Below, one piece after another: positions 52,601 to 64,000 of a stretch of DNA of 64,000 nucleotides. Location: NCBI RefSeq assembly GCF_963676685.1, contig NC_092346.1:9734001-9798000 (forward strand), given 5' to 3'. The stretch's first letter is position 1. Each line of letters starts with the position of its first letter. This DNA is from Mytilus edulis. Lineage: Eukaryota. Under the pieces are notes generated by a model, which had not been told where the DNA came from, made no database searches, and worked only from the letters and a program-made list of their open reading frames with translations. A program made the position numbers and the translations under genes.

Positions 52601-55600
52601 AACTACGCATTAATAGACTATTTGTTAGATAACTTTGTTAAAAATACGTATCATTTTGATGTAAAGATAAGAAATAACAGGGACTAATTCATTCAGTGCC
52701 ATGAAACAATGAATTTCATAAACATGATAAAAAAAAAGTATTTAAATTGATATTTTTTTGCTACTTTTGCTACTAGTACTTTATCTTTACTTAATATAAT
52801 ATAAAAAAAATAGTTAATTTTGTGTACTAGATATTTAGTTTTGTATATATACAGGTTGCGCTATAATGAACCATTCATTCATTTGACTTATTGTTGGGTA
52901 ACTGAAAGCACATATTTATTTTTATTTGGCACAAGAGGAAAAAAATAATTCTGTATAAACTATAAATGTATAAAGAAAACATAAACTGAAACAACTGTTT
53001 TTGTTGTTATAGTTTAATTGTATTCTCAGTTATGAATTGAACAATATAAACTAAAACATATAGAGGAAATAAAGCATCAACGCGACGCGACAAATGACAT
53101 TAAAAAAAAATACTGTTATTTTTTTTTACGCAAAATGTGATGCTATCCAAAATTTCTGGGGAGAACACTGTATAGCTTTTAAAATCACTTGTTTTTCAAA
53201 AAATCATTTTACCTGCTAAAACTTGACTTAAACAAACATCAAAAGTGGGTATAAAAAACTGGTTTTAGGCAGCTTTTTTAGTTAACTTTTCCTTAGCACA
53301 TAATCAATGATAGCTCCAATGATAGTTTGATTCCAGGGTCATCTGACATAAATTGCTAAGTCGATTCCAGGAAAAAGCAGGTCATATATGGTTTTACAAT
53401 AAGAATAAAACGAGATGTGGAGTATATGTATATTAACAGTTAACTGGTGAATACAACATGCGAATCTCTAAATCATCAAGTCTAAAACAAAATTGTAAAA
53501 AATGGAAGAATTATCAGCAAAAATCTATCAACGACCTACTTTTCAATGAAGTTGGTCTGCAATTAAAACCCTACCTGGATTTCTAGCACCCTTCTGAATA
53601 CCAGCAGCCATGAGTAAAAAATATGTAGAAGTTGGTGACTTGATTAATAGATCAAATGTTCTATCAGGCTGAAAAAGACAAAATTTGTAGTCAATATTTT
53701 TTCCCCAATGGATTTTAAATGCTAAGATGACTTTTAGGATTGGGTTTTCTTAATTGTTGATGGCCGTAAAGTGACCTACTACTGTTAATTTTCTGTGTCA
53801 CTTGGTCACTACTGGAGACGTGTCTCATTGACAATCAAAACCCATTTTCTTAACTTTATAAATGACTGTGCAGCATCATTTCCTGGAAATACATTTACAT
53901 AATATAATAATTTATTTTCTGTTTTAAAATCAGTTTGAACAAGTGTTAATACTGTTTAATTATGTATGTATATTTAAATATTTCAGAGTGGACTCTTATT
54001 GTTCACAATTCATTTTTTGTATAAAAAAAAAAGAAAAGTCAAGTGATGAGAAAGGCAGAAATATTAAAAACTTGCAACAAATAGACAAAAATTTTGATTT
54101 TTTAAAGACTTAACATTTTAAGATTGAATCAAACAGTTTCCAGAATTGCATTAAATGAATTTTACATTGACATAACTTCAGTGCATACATATTAATAAGC
54201 TTTTTTTTCAAAATACACCTTCTATTTTATCCTTTTAGTTTAAATGATTTCTAAGAATTCTTACAAAATTAATGCATTAAGCTGTTAAAACAATACTGAA
54301 ATGACATGAATGATGTAAACGTATATTCTTAAACATGAAACTGGTTTCAAAATCAGTCTTTTGACTTTTATATGCCATTTGAAAAACTTGCACTAATAGT
54401 AAATACAAAATGTACATCTATACCTTAACGAAGACTCGGGTAGGCAATGGTATCCCTTCTTTTATGTGACTTGTCTTCTCATTGAATTCCTTACAAAAGG
54501 CAGCAATTTGTACCCCACGCTAATAAAAAAGAAAATGTTCAATTTAATAGCCTGATCAGAGCTTAGCATTACTAATTATATACATAATATATGTATCTTG
54601 GTGTTAATCAACATGTATGCTTGACAAGAATAAGAAAGAAGAAAAGTATTTAGTCTTTTACTGTTTCCAGTGTATCCCAAACTCTGTCTGACTGACAAAT
54701 TGTCAAACAAAAAATCTTTTGGTCAGACAGAAAATTTAGATCTTTTACTTGATATAGTAGTAAACTTCAAATTTCTTTTTTCCGTCAGACAAACCAAAAA
54801 ACAGTTAACCGTTACTAGTTTAATGCTTTACTCTGGCAAAAGTGATTTAACATTAATGTTCAAATTAATAATTCTATTTCTCAAACGCATGTACATTGAA
54901 TGGTTACAAATTATAAATCAAGGGAACAAATCAAACTTCTTCTTCTTCTTCCAGGTAAGGAACCGAATTCAAATTTTGAATGTATGAGGTCCCGCGAAAA
55001 CTAACGCAATGTCGGACAACACAGAAAGTTTTCTCTTGGCTATTTACAGGATAAAACGTTCTCAATATATATACAATTAAAACTATTTACAGGATGTTAC
55101 TGTCTAAATTTTAGCAGAGCATGCCTTCAGGGCAGCTCTGAATCCATCAACTGTGTCAGCTGATGTTGCTGATGTTGGCAGTTGGTTCCAGTCTCTAATG
55201 GTCCTTGGAAAAAATGATTGTCGGAAGGCGTCTGTTGTGGCCCTTTCTTGGAAGAAGCGGTTTTTACCTCTGGTCCGGCTATCGTTTGGTGTCAGATATT
55301 GGTGCCTATCTATGTCTATCAGATCATGTTGGATTTTGAACAGCATGCATAGCCTATTTTGTTTCCTGCGGTCTTCAAGGCTTTCCCATTTTAAAGATGT
55401 TACCATTTTTGTTACACAGCCAGGTGTGCAGTCTGTGTAATTGTTGTTTACAAATCTAGCTGGTCTTTTCTGCACTTGTTCGATTGCTTTTATTTTAGCC
55501 TGTTTCGTAGGGTCCCATACTATGCAAGCATATTCAACTGAGGTCTTACTATTGTTGAATATGCTGCTGCTTTGACCGGTTTAGTGCAATCTTTTAGGTT

Positions 55601-56734
55601 ATGTCGTATAAAGCCTAGTGTTTTGTTTCCTTTTCCCACTATGTTGTCGATGTGTCTGTCCCAGGTTAAATTATTGCTGATAGTAACTCCCAGGTATTTA
55701 CTAGCTTCAACGGTGTCCAGTGTGTGTCCGTGTAATTTGTAATTAGTTGGTACATGTATTACAGGATGGTTCTTGGGTTGTATTCTAATTACAATGCATT
55801 GTTTTGCATTGAAGCTCATTTGCCACTTATCTTCCCAATCCTCTAAGATGTGAGATCTTTCTGTAGTAGCTCACTTTCTGCTTGGTTACTGATAGTCCGA
55901 TAGAGGAGGCTGTCGTCTGCAAAAAGTTTGGTCTCTGATGATGTTGCTGTTTCTGGCATGTCGTTTATGTAGGCCAGGAACAGTAGCAGTCCAAGAACTG
56001 TTCCTTGAGGAACACCAGAGAGTACTGGTACTTGTTCAGAGACAGCTCCTTCTAGAATAACGCTTTGCATTCTGTTTCTATACAATTCAATTTCGAACTG
56101 CAATCCATATATACACATAACCCAAAAACTGGTTAAGGAGAGATAACTTTACCAAATGTATTGACCATACCAAACTGACATAAATGTACACTAGGTCTAG
56201 GACATTCCAATACACCTTATCGCTAATCCTGGTTGACCCGGCCGCTTGAACTTTTGACACTTTCCATTGTGGCGTCAGATATTTTGTTTTGTGACGTCAA
56301 AATTTTACGGGAACCTGTGTGATATTCAGTAATGGCGGACAAATAGCGATAACGTGTATTGTATTGATAATGTCAAAGAGTGACCTCTGGTTGTATCAGA
56401 TTGTATATTTCCCCATAGAAAAGCATATGACATGCCCCTAAAAAAAAGAAAAGAAATTTTTCTTATTGTTTATATATTACAGATAGAAATATGTATTTCA
56501 ATACACCAGTAGACGGAATGGTGATAATTTGTTACTGTTACTAGTGTTAGTAAGTTGTTCGTGATAAATTTATGTGTTCGTTATGTATGTTACCTGTCCA
56601 AGATTTGGTCCAAGAGGTGGAGCTGGAGCAGCTTGACAGGAGTTTATATTTGTCTTCAAAAACGGGGGATGGATAATTTTCTCTACACCTCTCTTTGCCC
56701 CTTTAGCAACTTTCCTTGCACCCCGTGCAGCCAT
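49639..56734 (-). CDS. MRPL11: Mitochondrial large-subunit ribosomal protein uL11m, 4 coding exons, 197 aa
   Basis: Exons 56594-56734 (MAARGARKV...[13 protein letters not shown]), 54424-54519 ([26 protein letters not shown]), 53575-53668 ([28 protein letters not shown]), 49639-49901 ([15 protein letters not shown]...[12 protein letters not shown]). 594 nt in frame. Confidence 0.95.
50168..50715 (-). repeat. Inverted copy of the repeat at 1-561, in the last MRPL11 intron
   Basis: Colinear reverse-complement similarity over ~550 bp. Confidence 0.85.
51827..53170. mobile_element. Non-autonomous DNA transposon, 15-bp perfect TIR, 5-bp TSD TATAG
   Basis: CAGTGTTCTCCCCAG / CTGGGGAGAACACTG; TATAG at 51822-51826 and 53171-53175; subterminal CGCGACGC repeats. 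Confidence 0.88.
54936..56078 (-). mobile_element. 5'-truncated, frameshifted non-LTR retrotransposon (L2/CR1-type LINE) in MRPL11 intron 1
   Basis: RT motifs [23 protein letters not shown]; downstream [13 protein letters not shown] and [14 protein letters not shown] spread over three frames; 3' (GAA)n tail at 54936-54951. Confidence 0.9.
56209..56360. mobile_element. Short MITE (ATACACCTTATCGCTA termini); second copy at 59967-60131
   Basis: Inverted termini and two near-identical copies. Confidence 0.75.
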
Positions 56735-59700
56735 TTTTATTGGATAACTCTAGAGAATCCCGAAATAACTATAGAGTTGTTTCCCTTAGATTTCTCAAAA
56801 ATTAAGTCATAGTTACAATACCGGAATGGGAAAAAATATCCGGATTTATATTTTATTAAATAAGGGGGAGGGGGTATTTATTTACAACAGGCAACATTCA
56901 TATACATAAAGAATATATGAGACAATATCTGAAAAAGTCTAATTACCATGTCCCGATCTTTCACAAGCATTTTTTTTTCAGGCATCTTTTTGGAAATTTT
57001 CAAGTTTTAGTCACTATACTGACTATAGGGTATATATAATGCACCAACTGCACCCAATTAAACATTCTTTTTAATTTTTCTTCTAATAAAATATTATGAT
57101 TTAAATGGTCCCTCCCAAAAAAAAAAATCATGTCCCCTGTTATTTTCTGAAAATTAAATCACTCAAAGAATAATCTAAATTAAGTAAACTTGGCAGCCTT
57201 CTGATTTTCCCAAATCCGTGAGTGATAGATTATGTATAGAACTTCTCCATTACTGGTCTGATTTTGTTATAACTGAAGCATGTAAGAAAATTTTGCATTT
57301 TTAAAGGTCTTTTAAATGTTGTCCCCAGGGGTAATTTCCCTCCTGTTACCGCTGGTTTTTTTTAAGCTGTGGACACGTTCGAAAGACCAAAAATTTATTT
57401 CTTGTAATGCAATGTGAAGAGAATCATTTCCTGAATGTATGACTTCATATGTTTAGGTGTATAGCAGCCAGTTTGAAAAATCTGAACTCCTTAAAGATCA
57501 GAATTTGTGGGAAAATAATTTTGTTGATCTAAGCTGTTACATTCTTTTTGTGTACCTTCTGAGAATATTTCAGTTTCAGCACTATAACAGTACATGTGTT
57601 TCATAGTATCTTATCAAATTGATATGTAGGTGGAAGTAAACTTCTACACAATTCGAGTAAATGAACAAAAAGTACTGCGCAATTCCTTTCTGTTACGTTC
57701 TGTCATGTTACCTGATAAAAAGTAACATCATAATCATAATCAGTAACAGGAAGGATGTTCAAGACAATTTTACTGATGAATCAAAAATTTAATCTACTAT
57801 ATACCATTGCAAATGCTAAAATCAATAATTGGCATTTGATAAACTATTGCAGGAATAACTAGTAAAACACAAATAGTGTCCTAAAATTTTTCCTTATTCC
57901 CATTAGAAACTTTTTAAAATTGATTCACTTTGGTAACAGGAAAGAACTGGATTTTGTATAAGTTTTAAAATTGTCAGTGTTACCACATTTAAGAATTGTT
58001 TGAATAACAGACAACAGTTCCTAGATCCTCAATGTGTGTTCTTTAATTTGTGCTATTAAAATACTGGGTCTGAAGATTTCTTTTCCTTATTGCCAAAATT
58101 AGATTTTCTATAGTACTCGTACGACCTTTCTTAGGAGATTGCCTTTATTCCTCATTGTCCCAACATCTTTAAACATAAGTCAAAGACATATAAAGACATA
58201 TAAAGCTTTATCAAGTTCGAGTCGGTATATGCAATACAAGTACAAGAAAAACTCATATTCATAATTCCGTTCATGTGAATATTATATATCAAATTGTTTC
58301 TTCTAAAAACAAGTTGATCTCCTTAACTCCTATTTCACCATTAGAAAACAGCTGATATGTCAGATCGAAAATGTACCTCAGAGCGAGTCAATTTTAGGTC
58401 CCTCATTATTTCTGGTTTCTTGTTTTTATCAATGATATGAAGTTTATGTTGATAAAACCAGCCAGGCGTATATAATTATCATATAGTCATGCAGTTTTGG
58501 GACATAATAGTAACACTATATATCCAAGATATACAAGGCATATGTACTATATGTCTCTGACTATACTATCACTACTAAAATATAATGCCTTAATATTAAT
58601 ATCTATACTGGGATCCTGTCTCACTGCTCGATGAATTACTAGATTGGGTCCAGTGGCGGATCCAGGGGATGGGGGGTAACTGGGATTGGAACCCCCCTTT
58701 TTTGGACGATCAAACCATTTGAAGAGGACATATAGTTGGACCCCCTTTGTCCTGGGTTGGGACCCCTTTTTAAAATGGCTGGATCCGCCCCTGAGCGGTC
58801 ACTGACGTCAGGCTGATAAATATCTCGACGACCATGTTTAGTATTTTCCCCTTACATTTTCCCCATGACTATTTAATCGAGAAGCTGAATCAAATAAAAT
58901 TGAGAATGTAAATGGGGAATGTGTCAAAGAGACAACAACCCGACCATAGAACAGACAACAACAGAAGATCACCAATAGGTCTTCAATACAGCGAGAAATT
59001 CCCGCATCCGGAATGGTTTAAAATGATTGAAATGGAGCAGTAAATCATGATAAACTACAGATTTTGACAGTTTTAAAATATGAAACTCTCTAAGGCATTT
59101 GTCTGAGTTGTTACAGAAAAAAATCCGGTTTACTAGTATATACCTTGATATAACATTTATGTTTATATTTTTATGACTGACTGACTGTTTAAATATTAAA
59201 CTATATCGGTTGTGCTTGCTTTCAGTAACATTGATAGATAGAAGTATTTGATAAAATATCACTGACATAAAATATTACAAAAGTAAAGTATTAAACCATA
59301 GCAGACATGTATACATACTCAAATAAAAAGATCTTGAAACAATATATTGCATTCTGAAAATCTGTTTGTGGTATTTAAATTTTGAAGGAAAAAAAAACTT
59401 ACAGTCATTTTTTCTTAATTTTGATTTTGAATTGCCTAAATTATGTATGTGTGTTTTTGTGATTTGTTTAACACTATTTTAGATCATAGTGAAGGTATAC
59501 TACACATGTAGTACAAAACATGTTAATTTACTAGTCAACAAAAGGAACGATAATATGCAATGCTTTTTCCATAGATATTATAGTTCAATACACGCACGCT
59601 TTTCAACCCTAAAAATATCCCAAACGGTCTAATGTTTAAAGGATACTGTTTTTTTTTTTTTTTTTTTTTTTTTTTATCATCAAACTGCATTGATTTACCG

Positions 59701-60668
59701 AAAGCGTACGTTACGAAAACGCAAGAGCGCGAAAAGGCAAAAAATCGAAAATGCGAAATGGCGAAAACACGTAGTAGAAAACGCAAAATTGAAGTCGAAA
59801 CCGCGAAATCGGAAAAAAAATATATCAAGTTCGCATTTTTAACTTCGCGTTTTCCACTACGCAACGTACTAACTTCGCCACGTTATCACCCTAAAAAATA
59901 AGAAGGGCGAAAAGGCTAACCGGCCAAGTTTACTCATCTATCTTATTAGAGTATATTACGGTCACGATACACCTTATCGCTAATCCCGGCTGACCCGCCC
60001 GCTTGAACTTTTGACGCATACAACAATCACTTTTCCATTGTGGTGTCAGATATTTTGTTTTATGACGTCAAAATATTACGGGAACCTGTGTGATATCCAG
60101 CAATGGCGGACAAATAGCGATAAGGTGTATTGTCAGTAACATATGTCTCTTTTTTAATATTAAAATTTGGATAGAATAGAATAGAAAAAAATATTGAAAT
60201 TTATTGGCAACATATGTCAGCAGGGGCGGATCCAGCCATTTAAAAATGGGGGGGGGGGGGGGTCCCAACCCAGGATAAAGGGGCGGGTTTCAACTTAATG
60301 TCCCCATTCAAATGCATTGATCGTCCAACCCCCACCTCCACCGTAGACCCGCCACTGCATGCATGAAAGCCGGTCATGAAATATTACAAACATAAGCTTT
60401 GGAAGAAAAAAAAATGTTTAGCCGTTTTTTTTGTTAGTTTTAATTTTGAATTGCCTAAAGTTAAAAGATTTCATAGTGTCTGCTTCAAATGAAGTTTTAA
60501 CTCAAATCCTCACAATTGTTGGCGCAATTTTACAAAACCCGGATATTAGTACTGATCCGTAATAAACAAAATGTTTTTGTATAGGACCGTCTTTCAATCA
60601 ATAGTTGTAATTTGTTCTACCCTTTTGTTCATTCTCGGTACTCTTCGGACTTTATTATTTGATCCAGC

Positions 60669-60759
60669 ATGGCGTCGGTACCTACTACTGACGAATTAAA
60701 GAAACTTAAAGTTGTTGAGTTAAAACAGAAATTAACAGAGCTTGGATTATCTACTCAAG
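60669..60759 (+). CDS. Probable first coding exon of an N-terminal SAP-domain protein (hnRNP U-like / SARNP / SAF-B type); remainder not found in window
   Basis: ATG in good context (CAGCATGG) reads MASVPTTDELKKLKVVELKQKLTELGLSTQG, matching the first part of a SAP motif (LKVxELKxxLxxxGL). Followed by a weak GT donor (G|GTTTTC). Confidence 0.65.
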
Positions 60760-61242
60760 GTTTTCTTATTTCCCACCTTCATTGCATCGGTCAATAACGA
60801 ATGTTTAAATGGCTAGCACAGCAAAATAATGTATCATATACGCTTGGCTCTGTAGACTGTACCATTTTTTGTTATCATAACACAGGCCAAAATACCGCTA
60901 TGTTCATAATTATCGGTATCCTAACCCGACCTAACATTCCAGCAATTAGTGTCCAAAGTAACAAAAACGTTTTTGTTATTGTTACTTTTTCTGATATCAA
61001 CATATTATTACATTGGTTGCAATGAATTACATTGATTTCCCAGTTAGATAAAAACCGATAATTTCACATGTGAAATAAACGTGGTTATTTCACTCTCTGA
61101 TGTCATACAACAATAGGCGTTGTCAAGACGTCGATAACGTCGGATCAAAAGAAATTGTCAATGCGTAGGAAAAAGATATAGTTCCTTACATTTTCTACAT
61201 TAATTTCATAAAAAAAAGCCATTTGCCAATGTAATAAAAAGA

Positions 61243-61394
61243 ATAACTAATTGCTGTATTTGAATATCAAAAATAAGACAACTTGTGACCGAACGCCACT
61301 ATGGATTAAACTCGTGCTGCGCACTCGTTTAATCCATGCGTCGTTCGGTCACGCGTTATCTTATTTTTGATATTCAAATACGGCGATTAGTTAT
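61243..61394. mobile_element. Palindromic MITE
   Basis: ATAACTAAT..GTATTTGAATATCAAAAATAAGA..GTGACCGAACG mirrored across a short centre. Confidence 0.78.
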
Positions 61395-61395
61395 A

Positions 61396-64000
61396 CAGTA
61401 CGCCCAAGGAGTTTGTAATCCCAAACTCCATACTCCGATATTTTTGCTGGTGTAACACCAGGAAACTCCGACATCCCTCCCAAAATTCTCGGAGAAATTT
61501 GGGAGTATTCCCTCCGACTTCCGCGTAAATCCGCTACCTTTTGTTTATTGTATTAGCGACATCTCTCCCAGTCTGGTGTGACGCGGTGTGACACCAGGTA
61601 ATTAATTGCCCTAATCCGTCTGATCTATGCCGGCACGTGACAGTCAAGGTATGTGAGATTTCTAATGTAATTAAACAATTGTATTTTCTGTCTATTGATT
61701 ATCAGATTATATCTGATTGCTTGAAACAAATGAAAGATTAAAATAAAAAGCAAAACGTTGTTGTTAATTCTTTTAATTACACTGTACATTTTAATAAAGT
61801 TTTTAAACAACTATATTTGATTTTGACTTCCGTTTTTTTATCAGTAAATAAATATTTAATTTACTAAAAGAGATATAATTGTGCAACAATAAACGGAGAC
61901 TAACGCTGAATAAATGAGGGCAGTTTAAAGAAAAATTACACGTCTCAAAGTTTTTTATACTGCAAGTAAAAAAGAAAATATTATTCACTATATGTTATGC
62001 TAATAATTCTACACCATTTCCATTTTACGATTACAAAATAAAAGTTTTAAAATCCAAAACGTTGTTGTTAATGCTTTCAATTGCATTAAAGTTTTATAAA
62101 AAAATTCTATACTTGATTATGACCTCGTTTTTTATTTATCGGTAATTGATATAACTTACGAAAAGCGACATACTTGCGTGCAAATAAACGGAAACTAACG
62201 CTGAAGGTATAAAATGTGAGCAATGAGTTTAAAGAAAATTACGTGTCTTAAAACTTGTATATGCAAGTAAAAAAGAAAATACTATTCACCATTCGTTATG
62301 CTTAATAAGTCTACGGCATTTTCTCTTCACGATTATCATTACTTTAGGATATATATAATACATTTCGGCTACAACAGGAATACTTCTATAGCTGCATCAA
62401 CTCGTCGTTGCATAATATTCATTTACGCACAATGAATGTAAACTTTTGTGTTGTATTTAGAACAGTGATCTTTAAATATTTTTAAATTTAAAACAATTAA
62501 TTGCCGTGGGAAGACGACACGCATCTCAGTGATCAACAGTGCGTGGTTGAACTTGAACTTGACTTCGCTCACAATATTGAATGCTAAAAATAGTGACATC
62601 AATTTTGTCCACGAGATTTTTATTTGGCGGGAAATAGTATCACGTAACAGTAAACTCAGGTGACCTTTCTGGATAACCGTGGGAAAATTCATTGAAGGTT
62701 TAAACTTGCTTTGTAATGATTGACATTTGTGTGCGTTAAGATTGAGGCTCTAGAAGGTCCTTTTACAATTGATTAACCATATTCTAAATTTTATTCCTTT
62801 TCTGAATAAACGAACATCAGCCTTTTATTTATACGTTTCTCAGTCAACAGAGGACATAAACCTGGACATTATTTATACTTCCATAGTCAACACTATACAT
62901 TAATGGTAGATGAAAACAGGATGCATGTCGTTCAGTTCCTGATGGGCGTTGGTAGAGATCCTCTGTGAAAATGTGTCGATCGTAAAAATCCGATCCACAT
63001 TTTTTTTACATATTTCTTTCTTGAACGATATAATTTTATTTTAATATTCTATAGTATAAATTGTTGAAATACTTCTTTTTATATTTCGTCGAGGACTTTT
63101 AACGAAGAGTAAAATACGGATTAAGCCAATCCAATTTTATTTAAATAATAAAAGATCAATAACAGATCATAACAGATAAAAAACACGTGATTTTATTTCT
63201 TCATATAATTAAATAAGGTTGTGATTATTGTGTTGTGTCTGGGCGGGGAATTATCTCAGTATTTATGAATATAGGGCTGCCACATTGCATACAAAACTAT
63301 TTGTCACTTTACAGTTTCTTTTTTAAATTCAAATATTTCAAGTCGGTAATCTACCGAGGTAGTGGAACATAATATTTTACATTTCAAAATAAATTGAAAG
63401 TAACAGAGTTCACTTGTTGGTCCGATAAATTAACTCTAGGGTTTGATTTAGATTGGACAAATTACCGTAAAAACATCATTTTGTTTTAAGCCAGTTGATA
63501 TTAATTATATAATATTGAACTATTAATGAACCGGATATTGCTCACTGAGTAGGCCATAAAAGGTTCTAATTGTGGTAAAATCATCTTTGATGAAACTTTG
63601 TTGAAAAAACAAAAATTATGAACTGATCGGACTATAATGAAAATACTAAATAAGTATTTTATTCGTATTTTTATACGTTTTTACGTTTTATTTCATATGA
63701 CAATGACATGGGCATATACATACAAGAATAATTATCTTATTTTAAATAAAAATGTCACACTTTTATCTGACATTGAATGGACATTTAAATAACGTATTTT
63801 AAAGCACACAGGTGCAATCAAGATCGATTAAATGTACAAAGGTAATAAATCTGGCTAATCCGATTATGTTGTCACGCGTCATTAATTTTCAGTTCATCCG
63901 ATGGGCAATAAACCAATTAACAGCCACACGGTGTTGGGAGAGAATCTTTGGAGGAAATTGGGAGTAGAATCCGTGATTCGCGGTGTCACACCGCTACACT
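61396..64000. mobile_element. Probable large non-autonomous TIR element running off the window end
   Basis: Left subterminal GGTGTGACGCGGTGTGACACC and CTCTCCCA motifs mirrored by TGGGAGAG and GCGGTGTCACACCGC near 63935-63995; internal ~304-bp duplication (61754 vs 62058). Confidence 0.5.

Noticed and set aside
679-62692. Most remaining 60-125-aa ORFs in the track
   Set aside because: Low-complexity or repeat-derived, with no recognisable domains or splice-consistent partners.
1-64000. tRNA, rRNA or intronic snoRNA genes
   Set aside because: None recognised by eye; tRNAscan-SE/Infernal would be needed to exclude them.

Overview
AT-rich, intron-rich animal genomic DNA, not prokaryotic. The repeat families suggest a bivalve mollusc, probably Mytilus-like (inference). 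Four complete spliced housekeeping genes were reconstructed by hand with GT-AG introns and consistent phases: cornichon/CNIH (-, 5846-12983), WDR92/DNAAF10 (-, 19897-29891), RRP36 (+, 31582-45475, with a 16-nt micro-exon) and MRPL11 (-, 49639-56734). A probable first exon of a SAP-domain gene lies at 60669 (+). The most notable item is a two-gene PIF/Harbinger-related (ISL2EU-like) transposon inside RRP36 intron 4. It pairs a 5'-truncated DDE transposase with a convergent, intact 3-exon, 582-aa gene fusing a SWIM zinc finger, a YqaJ/lambda-exonuclease-like nuclease and an ING-type PHD finger. The rest is dense with non-autonomous elements: satellite-bearing Helentron/HINE-like elements, CAG-ended MITEs with 5-bp TSDs, MULE-like elements with 9-bp TSDs, foldback hairpins, a decayed hAT and an L2/CR1-type LINE fragment. 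There is one assembly gap.
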